Source: Alkanindiges illinoisensis DSM 15370 (lineage in GTDB: Bacteria; Pseudomonadota; Gammaproteobacteria; Pseudomonadales; Moraxellaceae). Taken from it: a DNA stretch of 32,000 bases. The translations under genes were made by a program, and so were the position numbers. Positions 24,884 to 32,000 of this stretch are shown piece by piece. The notes under the pieces are model-generated. The model did not search any database and was not told the origin of the DNA. It saw nothing but the letters and a program-made list of their open reading frames with translations. Every line of letters begins with the position of its first letter. Within the stretch, counting starts at the first letter, position 1. The stretch is taken from the NCBI RefSeq assembly GCF_000619845.1, contig NZ_JHUX01000003.1, positions 430,064 through 462,063 of the forward strand, written 5' to 3'.

Positions 24884-25345
24884 TTTCAGCACGTTATAGT
24901 TAATAAGCTGCTCAATCATGATGGGCTAAGCTTGCTTGACCAGTTAAGATAGATAGCCCTACAAAATTTGCTGGCAGTTTTTAGCAGATTTGCCCGTGAA
25001 TTATGTTTAATCTGCCTATAGGTACTGCGATTTTTAGCAGTCATTTTCCCGGCCAAAGTGATGGCTTTCTGCATGAGGTTTTCGGCCCTATAAACCTGAT
25101 TGACAATAGTAAAGTTTGGTATCCCAATAGAAAGTAATGCACAGTTGTTTGTAAAGCGAAGTGATCATCAACCATTAATAGGGTGGACTAGATTAAAGGT
25201 CATTTAAAGAAGCTGATAATCATGGCCGCGCCTGTTGATCTGCCAGCAGACACAAATCTTAACTAATATTTAATCTTGGGATATTCAGTTAGGCTCTGTA
25301 TCATGTAGCATCCGTTCTTTAAGTTAACCCCTTAAGGCAAACACA

Positions 25346-25771
25346 ATGACTGGTGAAAAACCTGAGATTATGCATGCCCATAAAGAAAAAATTGATTTCA
25401 GGTACAGTTTTGAGATCAGTGGTTTTAAAAAATCTACAGGGAAAGGCACCATCATTATTGATGATCAATTGCCGGATGAAGAAATTAAGCAACTTATCAA
25501 TGACTTTGTATTAAAAAAAGTCCGTGAATTCCTGAAGGGAAAAACCATTACCCCCCAAGGAAATTTTACGATTAGTACCAATATTGAAATCACTAAAATT
25601 TCCCGGTTAGCGCCCTTGAATAACATGATTTATCCGGGGGATGAATCAGGGCAGGTGACTAGCCGTAAATACATCGTGTTTATTGTGGGAGTAGCTTTTG
25701 TGCTCCTGATGTTTTGGGTAGTGCTGCTTAATACACCGTCGCTCTCTTCAATAAAATGGCAGAGTCACTAA
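25346..25771 (+). CDS. Hypothetical tail-anchored membrane protein
   Basis: 141-aa ORF with AAGG 8 nt upstream. It has a Lys/Glu-rich soluble N-terminal part and one C-terminal TM helix (YIVFIVGVAFVLLMFWVVLL). No family recognised. Confidence 0.5.
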   Translation: MTGEKPEIMHAHKEKIDFRYSFEISGFKKSTGKGTIIIDDQLPDEEIKQLINDFVLKKVREFLKGKTITPQGNFTISTNIEITKISRLAPLNNMIYPGDESGQVTSRKYIVFIVGVAFVLLMFWVVLLNTPSLSSIKWQSH

Positions 25772-25910
25772 ACCACTAAACTCGTACACCGCCAGACTTA
25801 AATCTATAAAAAGAAAGTTAATGAAAGTTGTACTTCATTCATTTTTCAGGCTTTCTGGTCAGCTATGATGATGTTTTATAACAATACTCATTAAATAGAG
25901 CCTTGAGCAT

Positions 25911-26519
25911 ATGCAAAATTGTGAACGTGTGGTGTTTATCAGCACGATCAGTACTGAGCTGATTGATCTGGCAGAAACGCTCCAGCAACTTCGAAATAGT
26001 GGAATCGCCTATCACGTGCGTGAGGAGGTAACCGGGCTATTGCTGTATAGCGAACAGTATATCTTTCATTGCATCGAAAGCAGGCATGGCGGAATGGATC
26101 AGTTCAAGCACGATTTAATGGCTTATCCTCATTATCGTCATCAAAAGCTGATCTATGAACAGGCTGGCGTTGAGCCTCGATTCAAGCGCTGGAGCATGGT
26201 ATATGCAATTACCGAAACACATATTCAGGATTTTATCCAGAAACAGCGCTGGTCTACATTTAATCCCTACCTGCTGGAAGGAGCAGTGCTTGATGAGTTT
26301 ATGGAGCTGATATATAGCTATGGTAACAACCACAATACTGTAGTGATTCAGGCTAATGACCAGGTTAATTCCAGCTATCAGCCTACTCAAGCCACACTTG
26401 GCAACCCTAAAAAAACCTGCGGTATGCTCATGATTGCACTGGGCTTATTGCTAGGGGTTATTATCTATGGCCTGAATTACTTTGGGCTAATGCCCGACAG
26501 CTATAGTAAAAGCTGGTAA
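25911..26519 (+). CDS. Hypothetical protein with a degenerate BLUF-like N-terminal domain and a C-terminal TM anchor
   Basis: The pattern VVFISTIS...(x25)...VTGLLLYSEQYIFHCIES...YRHQ...RFKRWSMVYA follows the BLUF layout (hYxLIYxS ... ITGxLLY..xxFxQxLEG ... DxRH ... RxFxxWSM). A C-terminal TM helix is present (CGMLMIALGLLLGVIIYGLNYFGL). Confidence 0.45.
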   Translation: MQNCERVVFISTISTELIDLAETLQQLRNSGIAYHVREEVTGLLLYSEQYIFHCIESRHGGMDQFKHDLMAYPHYRHQKLIYEQAGVEPRFKRWSMVYAITETHIQDFIQKQRWSTFNPYLLEGAVLDEFMELIYSYGNNHNTVVIQANDQVNSSYQPTQATLGNPKKTCGMLMIALGLLLGVIIYGLNYFGLMPDSYSKSW

Positions 26520-26924
26520 GTTCAGAGCAGGGCATGACTTTACCTACAATTTTTAGAGTTGCAGGCCATCTTTAAGCACCTAACCCCTGAATGATTCAGC
26601 ATATCTTTGGTTTATGGTCATGCAATGTAATGACAAATGGCCTTGGATCAATCGTGTCAGCATAAGTTTTTTCTTTAAAAAATTGATCAAGCAAAATTTA
26701 TATTTTACCAGCTACAAACAGGCTGCTTGGATTTTATAAGTTTCTATCGCTACTAACATTAATAAAATCATATAAAACCTTCTTTTAGTTGATTGATTTT
26801 TAGAAGTCATTTTTAAAGTTATTATTTGTTGAATCAGTAGAAATTTATTATTTAATCTCTGAGTGCGGGATCAAACAGTATAAAAATATCATTTTGTTAG
26901 ACAAATTTAAAATATAAATGTAGT

Positions 26925-26943
26925 ATTAATGATAATAATTAGC
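26925..26943. promoter_or_regulatory. Fur box upstream of the siderophore operon
   Basis: ATTAATGATAATAATTAGC matches the 19-bp Fur consensus GATAATGATAATCATTATC at 15 of 19 positions, with the central AATGATAAT perfect. It lies 27 nt upstream of the dat ATG, in an AT-rich promoter region. Confidence 0.6.
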
Positions 26944-26969
26944 ATTAACAATAAACAAGTGGAGAAATA

Positions 26970-28355
26970 ATGACAGCTCAAGCAATGTTGGGTGCAGGCA
27001 CTAAAACCTATAACAATGAGTACTGGCTGGAGCGACAAGCCTACTTTGAATCCAGTGTGCGCAGTTATCCGCGAAAATTGCCACTGGCCATTACCAGAGC
27101 ACAAGGCTGCTGGGTAACCGATGCCAATGGCAAGGATTATCTGGATTGTCTGGCGGGAGCAGGCACACTGGCGCTAGGCCATAATCATCCGCACATTATT
27201 CAGGCCATTCAGCAGGTATTAGAGCAGGGCTTGCCATTACACACTCTTGATCTCACCACACCTCTAAAAGATGCCTTTAGTGAAAGCCTGCTATTTTTTT
27301 TGGCAAATAATGTTAATGATTATTGTTTACAGTTTTGTGGCCCTTCTGGCGCAGATGCCGTAGAAGCAGCACTGAAACTGGCCAAAACAGTAACCAAGCG
27401 GCGTCATATCATTAGTTTCTCCGGTGGTTATCATGGCATGACACACGGGGCACTGGCAGTGACGGGTAATCTGGCACCCAAGCAGCAGGTGAGCGGACTA
27501 ATGCCGGATGTACAGTTTATGCCGTATCCGCATGCCTATCGCTGCCCGCTGGGTTTGGGTGCTACACAGGGCAGTACCGCACTGGCGCATTATTTTGAAA
27601 ATTTTATTGAGGATGTGGAAAGCGGGGTTTGCTTGCCGGCTGCGGTGATTCTGGAGGCCGTGCAGGGTGAGGGTGGTGTCAATGTGGCTCCGGTTGCATG
27701 GCTGCAAAAAATCCGCGAGGTGACCCGGCGCCATGGCATTTTGCTGATTATTGATGAAGTACAGGCCGGATTTGGCCGTACTGGAAAACGCTTTGCATTC
27801 CAGCATGCTGGGATTGAACCGGATATTGTGGTGATGTCCAAGGCAGTCGGCGGCGGCTTACCACTGGCAGTACTGGCCATTCGCCGCGAGTTTGACCAGT
27901 GGCAGGCAGGAGCACATACCGGCACGTTTCGGGGCAATCAGTTGGCTATGGCAACCGGGCTTGCCACCCTAAACTACCTGAGCCAGCCTGACAACCTGTT
28001 ACAGGTACAAAAACAGGGCGATGCCTTAATGCAGCAGCTCACAGCCTTGCAAAATCAGTTTGCCTGTCTGGGGCAGGTGCGTGGTCTGGGCTTGATGCTG
28101 GGCATTGAAATTGTTGATGAACGCCTGCCGGCAGATCATCTGGGGGCATATCCGGCTGATGCGGCGCTGGCGGTTGCCATTCAGCAGCAGTGCTTTGAGC
28201 ATGGCCTGTTACTGGAACGCGGTGGCCGCAATGGAACAGTTATTCGCCTGTTGCCACCGCTGATTATTTCCAGCAGTGAATGTGAGCAGGTGATTAGCCG
28301 CTTCAAGGCAGCATTGCAGGCCGCTTTGCTAGAGCAGCGGGGTGCCGCAGCATGA
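26970..28355 (+). CDS. dat: L-2,4-diaminobutyrate:2-oxoglutarate aminotransferase (Dat/RhbA-type)
   Basis: 461 aa class-III aminotransferase. [48 protein letters not shown] is almost the Acinetobacter Dat N-terminus as I recall it. [11 protein letters not shown] and the PLP-Lys context VMSKAVGGG are present. A GGAG SD lies upstream. Confidence 0.93.
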   Translation: MTAQAMLGAGTKTYNNEYWLERQAYFESSVRSYPRKLPLAITRAQGCWVTDANGKDYLDCLAGAGTLALGHNHPHIIQAIQQVLEQGLPLHTLDLTTPLKDAFSESLLFFLANNVNDYCLQFCGPSGADAVEAALKLAKTVTKRRHIISFSGGYHGMTHGALAVTGNLAPKQQVSGLMPDVQFMPYPHAYRCPLGLGATQGSTALAHYFENFIEDVESGVCLPAAVILEAVQGEGGVNVAPVAWLQKIREVTRRHGILLIIDEVQAGFGRTGKRFAFQHAGIEPDIVVMSKAVGGGLPLAVLAIRREFDQWQAGAHTGTFRGNQLAMATGLATLNYLSQPDNLLQVQKQGDALMQQLTALQNQFACLGQVRGLGLMLGIEIVDERLPADHLGAYPADAALAVAIQQQCFEHGLLLERGGRNGTVIRLLPPLIISSSECEQVISRFKAALQAALLEQRGAAA

Positions 28356-29899
28356 TGCATACCAGTAGTACTTCCAGCAGTAGCACTTCCAAAAATCAGG
28401 TTGAGCACTTTTTGCTGTGTGACAGTGAGATTTCCCGGCAACACTATCAGCAACAGTTAGAGCAGGCCATTAAAGGCATTCAACAGTGGTTATCCGAACC
28501 AGACATGTATTCCGGGCTGGATGTTTCCACACTGGCGCAATCCATCCATCTCAATATTGGCAACGAATCACAGCCTGCTGAACAGGTGATCGGGCAGGCG
28601 CTGGAACAATATCTCAAGCATAGTCTCAAGGTGCATCATCCGCATTGTGTGGCACATTTGCACTGTCCCACCTTAATGATTAGCCAGACCGCCGAACTGC
28701 TAATGAACGCCAGTAATCAAAGCATGGATTCGTGGGATCAAAGCCCGGCTGCTACCTTGATTGAAATGAAGCTGATGGCGTGGTTGCGTGACTTGGCAGG
28801 CTATAGCGCTGGTGATGCCGGGGTGTTTACCAGTGGTGGTACGCAAAGCAATCTGATGGGCTTGTTACTGGCGCGTGATGCGACGGTAAAACGGGTTTGG
28901 AATGTTGAGGTGCGCACTCAGGGCTTGCCGTCTGATGCCCAGCGCCTGCGGGTGATTTGCTCCAGCCAGGCGCATTTTTCAGTACAGAAAAACATGGCAT
29001 TACTGGGATTGGGCTATCAATCGGTAGTGGCTATTGACTGTGATGCAAAAGGCCGGATGGATATTAATGCCCTAGAGCAAACCATTGTGCAATTGCAGCA
29101 GGATGATTATGTCATTGCAGCAATTGTGGCAACTGCAGGGACTACGGATATCGGCGCAATTGATCCTTTGCAGCAGATTGTAGTAATTGCCCAGCAACAT
29201 GATATTTGGCTGCATGTCGATGCTGCCTGGGGCGGGGCGTTACTGTTATCAAAGCGCTATCGGCATTGGCTGGCTGGGCTGGAACAGGCAGATTCCATCA
29301 CCCTGGATTTTCATAAGCACTTTTTTCAACCCATTAGCTGTGGGGCATTTTTATTAAAAAATCCGGCCCATTTTGCCCTAATGCATTATCAGGCTGATTA
29401 CCTGAACTCGGCATTTGATGATATGCAGGGCGTGCCCAATCTGGTGGCCCGGTCACTGCAAACCACACGCCGTTTTGATGCGCTAAAGCTATGGATGAGC
29501 CTGCAACATCTGGGTATAGCGCAGTTTGGCAATCTGGTTGAACATGGCATTGATCTGGCCCGGCAAATTGCAGTCTGTATTAAAGCTGATGCACAGTTGC
29601 AACTGATGATTGAGCCACAATTGTCCAGTGTGCTGTTCCGGTTAAATTTTCCTGAATTAACAGCTAACCAGCTAGATTTGTTGAATCAGCAGGTGGCTGA
29701 TCACTTACTACAAAGTGGACAAGCCAATGTTGGCGTAACTCGCTTTCACCAGCAGACCTGTCTCAAATTAACCATTTTAAATCCGGTAATTACATTGCCT
29801 GATCTGGAGCAATTACTGGCGCTGGTCAAGCAGCAGGCCATTTTATTGTTGCAGCCAGCCGAAGCGCAGCAGGGAATTCGCCAACAGGAGTGCATGTGA
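28352..29899 (+). CDS. ddc: L-2,4-diaminobutyrate decarboxylase (Ddc/RhbB-type, PLP-dependent)
   Basis: 515 aa group-II decarboxylase with [20 protein letters not shown] and the PLP-Lys context DFHKHF. There is an ATGA overlap with dat. Confidence 0.93.
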   Translation: MMHTSSTSSSSTSKNQVEHFLLCDSEISRQHYQQQLEQAIKGIQQWLSEPDMYSGLDVSTLAQSIHLNIGNESQPAEQVIGQALEQYLKHSLKVHHPHCVAHLHCPTLMISQTAELLMNASNQSMDSWDQSPAATLIEMKLMAWLRDLAGYSAGDAGVFTSGGTQSNLMGLLLARDATVKRVWNVEVRTQGLPSDAQRLRVICSSQAHFSVQKNMALLGLGYQSVVAIDCDAKGRMDINALEQTIVQLQQDDYVIAAIVATAGTTDIGAIDPLQQIVVIAQQHDIWLHVDAAWGGALLLSKRYRHWLAGLEQADSITLDFHKHFFQPISCGAFLLKNPAHFALMHYQADYLNSAFDDMQGVPNLVARSLQTTRRFDALKLWMSLQHLGIAQFGNLVEHGIDLARQIAVCIKADAQLQLMIEPQLSSVLFRLNFPELTANQLDLLNQQVADHLLQSGQANVGVTRFHQQTCLKLTILNPVITLPDLEQLLALVKQQAILLLQPAEAQQGIRQQECM

Positions 29900-31683
29900 T
29901 GAAACAGCATGCCAACCGTCTGGCGTTACAACACCTGATTAATGCCTATGCGCAGGAAACAGGCCGCGGCCATCTTATTTTGCCTGCCCAGCAAGATTCG
30001 GTGCAGCAAAAAATCAGTCAGCACAAGCCTTTGCTTTGTCTGAAATTAAGACCGTTAAACCTGAACATGATGGTGCCACTGGATTACGCTAGCCAGCTGG
30101 GCAGGCACCGGATTGCAGCTGAACCCTGGCTATGGCAGGACAATCAATGGCGTCAGTTGAGCCCTGTACTGGTGGCCAACCTGTTGCTGGAAGATATTGT
30201 ACAAAGTAGCAGGCGACCAATTGATGCAGCTAGTGTGCTGGAGCGCTGGGTGCAAAGCCGGGATGCCGTGCAATACTTTTTGCAGCAGCGTGCACAGACA
30301 CTGGATGAATTGGTAGCGCCAAAACAGAGTTTTATATTTAGTGAACAAGCCTTGCTGGCTGGCCATGCCATGCATCCAACGCCCAAAAGTCGGCAAGGCT
30401 TTATGCATGAAGAATTTGTGCAGTATTCGCCCGAAACCCAAGGGCAATGCCAGCTACATTTCTGGCTGGTGGCACCGGATTATATCGCGGAAAGCAGCGC
30501 AGATAATACCTTGCCAACAGCCACCCTCAGGCAACTTTTAAAGCCTGTTGCCACTACACGCCAACAGGCTTTAATGCAGCAATATCCACAATGGAAATTA
30601 TTGCCGTTGCATCCGTGGCAGGCGCGTTATTTAAGCGGCAAAGACTGGTGGCAACACCTGCTTGATGCAGGCCAACTGGTTGATCTGGGGCGCATGGGTT
30701 GGCAACTGTCACCCACTACGTCTATTCGCACACTGGCGGCTATCAATGCGCCGTGGATGTTCAAGCCGTCCTTGTCGGTTGCCATCACCAATTCGATTCG
30801 GGTCAATCAGGCGCATGAGTGCCTGCGCGGTGAAACCGGTTGCCGCTTGTGGCGTAGTGAGTTTGGTGCACAGTTGCAGCAGGATTATCCAACGCTGGCA
30901 GCCATTAATGATCCAGCATGGATTGCCTTGCACTGGCAGGGCAAGGTGGTCAATGAGACTATTTGTATTTTGCGTGACAATCCTTTTGATGAGCATGTGC
31001 AGGTGAGCTGTATGGCCAGCCTGTGTCAGGATCATCCCATCAAACCGGAAAACCGCTTGCAGCAGATTATTGCTACCTTGGCTATGCAGGAAAATCGCCC
31101 GCCCGAAGAGATTGCCACAGACTGGTTTGCACGTTTTCTGCAAGTAGCCGTAGAACCCATGCTGGGTATTTACATGCGCTTTGGCATGGCATTTGAGGCG
31201 CACCAGCAAAACACCCTGCTTGAGCTAAACCAGTTATGGCCGTCCAAATTCTGGCTACGTGATAATCAGGGCTTTTACTATATTGAAGAATATGCCCAGC
31301 AGATTATTGAGCTGTTTCCAGTTTTAGCCACCGATGCCCAGTCCGTGGGGCCAAAGTCCTTTGTGGATGAACGGGTGATTTATTACCTGTTTGGCAATAC
31401 GATTTTTGGCCTGATCAATGCGCTGGGGGCAACGGGTTTTATTGATGAAACTACCTTGTTGCAACGCTTGCAATACACCTTGCAGGCTTTGCTAATGCAG
31501 TATCCCGAAAGTACTTTACTGCACTGGCTGCTGACTGCTGACACCTTGCCATATAAGGGCAATTTGCTCACCCGTTTGCATGAGCTGGATGAACTGCTGG
31601 CACCACTGGAATTCCAGTCGGTCTATGTAAACATCAACAATCCGCTCAAGGTCGGCTCACAGCAGGAGCAGATTTATGCTTGA
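29899..31683 (+). CDS. IucA/IucC-family NIS siderophore synthetase (RhbC-like)
   Basis: About 594 aa. Family motifs seen: EQALLAGHAMHPTPKSRQGF, LHPWQ, SPTTSIRTL and FEAHQQNTLLEL. ATG 29899 (CAGGAG 8 nt upstream) overlaps the ddc stop; the track start is GTG 29890. Confidence 0.9.
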   Translation: MKQHANRLALQHLINAYAQETGRGHLILPAQQDSVQQKISQHKPLLCLKLRPLNLNMMVPLDYASQLGRHRIAAEPWLWQDNQWRQLSPVLVANLLLEDIVQSSRRPIDAASVLERWVQSRDAVQYFLQQRAQTLDELVAPKQSFIFSEQALLAGHAMHPTPKSRQGFMHEEFVQYSPETQGQCQLHFWLVAPDYIAESSADNTLPTATLRQLLKPVATTRQQALMQQYPQWKLLPLHPWQARYLSGKDWWQHLLDAGQLVDLGRMGWQLSPTTSIRTLAAINAPWMFKPSLSVAITNSIRVNQAHECLRGETGCRLWRSEFGAQLQQDYPTLAAINDPAWIALHWQGKVVNETICILRDNPFDEHVQVSCMASLCQDHPIKPENRLQQIIATLAMQENRPPEEIATDWFARFLQVAVEPMLGIYMRFGMAFEAHQQNTLLELNQLWPSKFWLRDNQGFYYIEEYAQQIIELFPVLATDAQSVGPKSFVDERVIYYLFGNTIFGLINALGATGFIDETTLLQRLQYTLQALLMQYPESTLLHWLLTADTLPYKGNLLTRLHELDELLAPLEFQSVYVNINNPLKVGSQQEQIYA

Positions 31684-32000
31684 TATGATTGGTATTGGCC
31701 TTGGGCCATTTAACCTGAGTCTGGCAGCGCTGCTGCATCCGCATCATACGCAACTGGATTATTGCTTTTTTGAGCAAAAAGCCGCGTTTTCATGGCATGA
31801 CGGCATGTTACTGCCAGGCACCACACTTCAGGTTCCGTTTATGGCCGATCTGGTGAGCATGGTTGACCCCACCAGTCCGTTTAGTTTTTTAAATTATCTG
31901 AAGCAGCATGGCCGGCTGTTCAAATTTTATTTTCTGGAAAAACTGCACATCCCCCGGCAGGAATACAACCATTATTGCCAATGGGTGAGCCAGCAATTAA
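31676..32000 (+). CDS. Lysine/ornithine/diamine N-hydroxylating flavin monooxygenase (IucD/RhbE-like), 5-prime partial
   Basis: This ORF is absent from the track because it runs off the window. It reads MLDMIGIGLGPFNLSLAALL...FFEQKAAFSWHDGMLLPGTTLQVPFMADLVSMVDPTSPFSFLNYLKQHGRLFKFYF, which is the typical IucD/PvdA-family N-terminus (GIG.GP.NLSLA, LQ..F..DLV...DPTS.fSFLNYL). It overlaps the synthetase stop by 8 nt. Confidence 0.85.
   Translation, partial: MLDMIGIGLGPFNLSLAALLHPHHTQLDYCFFEQKAAFSWHDGMLLPGTTLQVPFMADLVSMVDPTSPFSFLNYLKQHGRLFKFYFLEKLHIPRQEYNHYCQWVSQQL

Noticed and set aside
24974-25041. Direct repeat of TTTTTAGCAG about 53 nt apart in the spacer after the thioesterase gene, plus a perfect TTGACA at about 25102.
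   Set aside because: The repeat is short in AT-rich DNA. No acceptable -10 lies at the proper spacing from the TTGACA, and no ORF or structure is associated with it.
26740-26790. Additional Fur-box-like AT-rich stretch (around AACATTAATAAAATCATATA) far upstream of dat.
   Set aside because: The best by-eye alignment to the 19-bp Fur consensus gives only about 10 of 19 matches. That is not distinguishable from background in this AT-rich region.
26907-27104. 65-aa minus-strand ORF overlapping the dat start and the Fur box.
   Set aside because: It is antisense to the conserved Dat N-terminus and extends into AT-rich promoter DNA, so it is treated as a shadow ORF.
1-32000. Search by eye for CRISPR arrays, IS elements or terminal inverted repeats, integrases, tRNA/rRNA genes and classic toxin-antitoxin or restriction-modification pairs.
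   Set aside because: None was recognised. There are no regularly spaced 25-40-bp direct repeats, no transposase or integrase-like ORFs and no cloverleaf-compatible sequences. The only mobile or toxin-related trace is the decayed Fic fragment.

Overview
This 32-kb chromosomal segment is dominated by urea and short-chain-amide nitrogen scavenging, followed by a compositionally patchy accessory stretch and the start of a siderophore operon.

Gene content, left to right:
1. 1-5949, plus strand: urease cluster ureD(partial)-ureABC-[AT-rich orphan ORF]-ureEFG-hupE/ureJ.
2. 6376-15724, minus strand: urea/amide ABC transporter urtABCDE (10565-15724), followed downstream by the amide catabolism block amiE-amiB-fmdA-fmdB (6376-10239).
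3. 16007-20403, divergent from urtA: a roughly 1155-aa hybrid histidine kinase whose sensor is a permease-like multi-TM domain. It is translationally coupled to a REC-LuxR response regulator.
4. 20404-26519: accessory patch holding a Fic-gene remnant, a PaaX-like regulator, a dienoyl/enoyl-CoA-reductase-like SDR, a fatty-acid-desaturase-family protein, a PaaI-type thioesterase and two tail-anchored hypothetical proteins. One of the two has a degenerate BLUF-like domain.
5. 26925-32000: Fur-box-preceded siderophore genes dat-ddc-IucA/IucC synthetase-N-hydroxylating monooxygenase (partial).

No rRNA, tRNA, CRISPR array, IS element or integrase was recognised.

Most notable observations:
- An AT-rich ORF with a PD-(D/E)xK-like motif is inserted precisely between ureC and ureE.
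- The kinase/regulator pair looks like an uncharacterised amide/urea sensing system.
- A 20-bp palindrome, (T/C)ATACG-N8-CGTATA, is shared by the urtA/kinase and amiE control regions.
- A terminator-like structure lies in the amiE leader, although no AmiC/AmiR is encoded in the window.

Limits: the fmdA-fmdB plus urea/amide transporter arrangement recalls the fmd locus described in Methylophilus methylotrophus, but the taxon cannot be established from this window. All homology statements are by-eye motif recognition; no database search or folding program was run.
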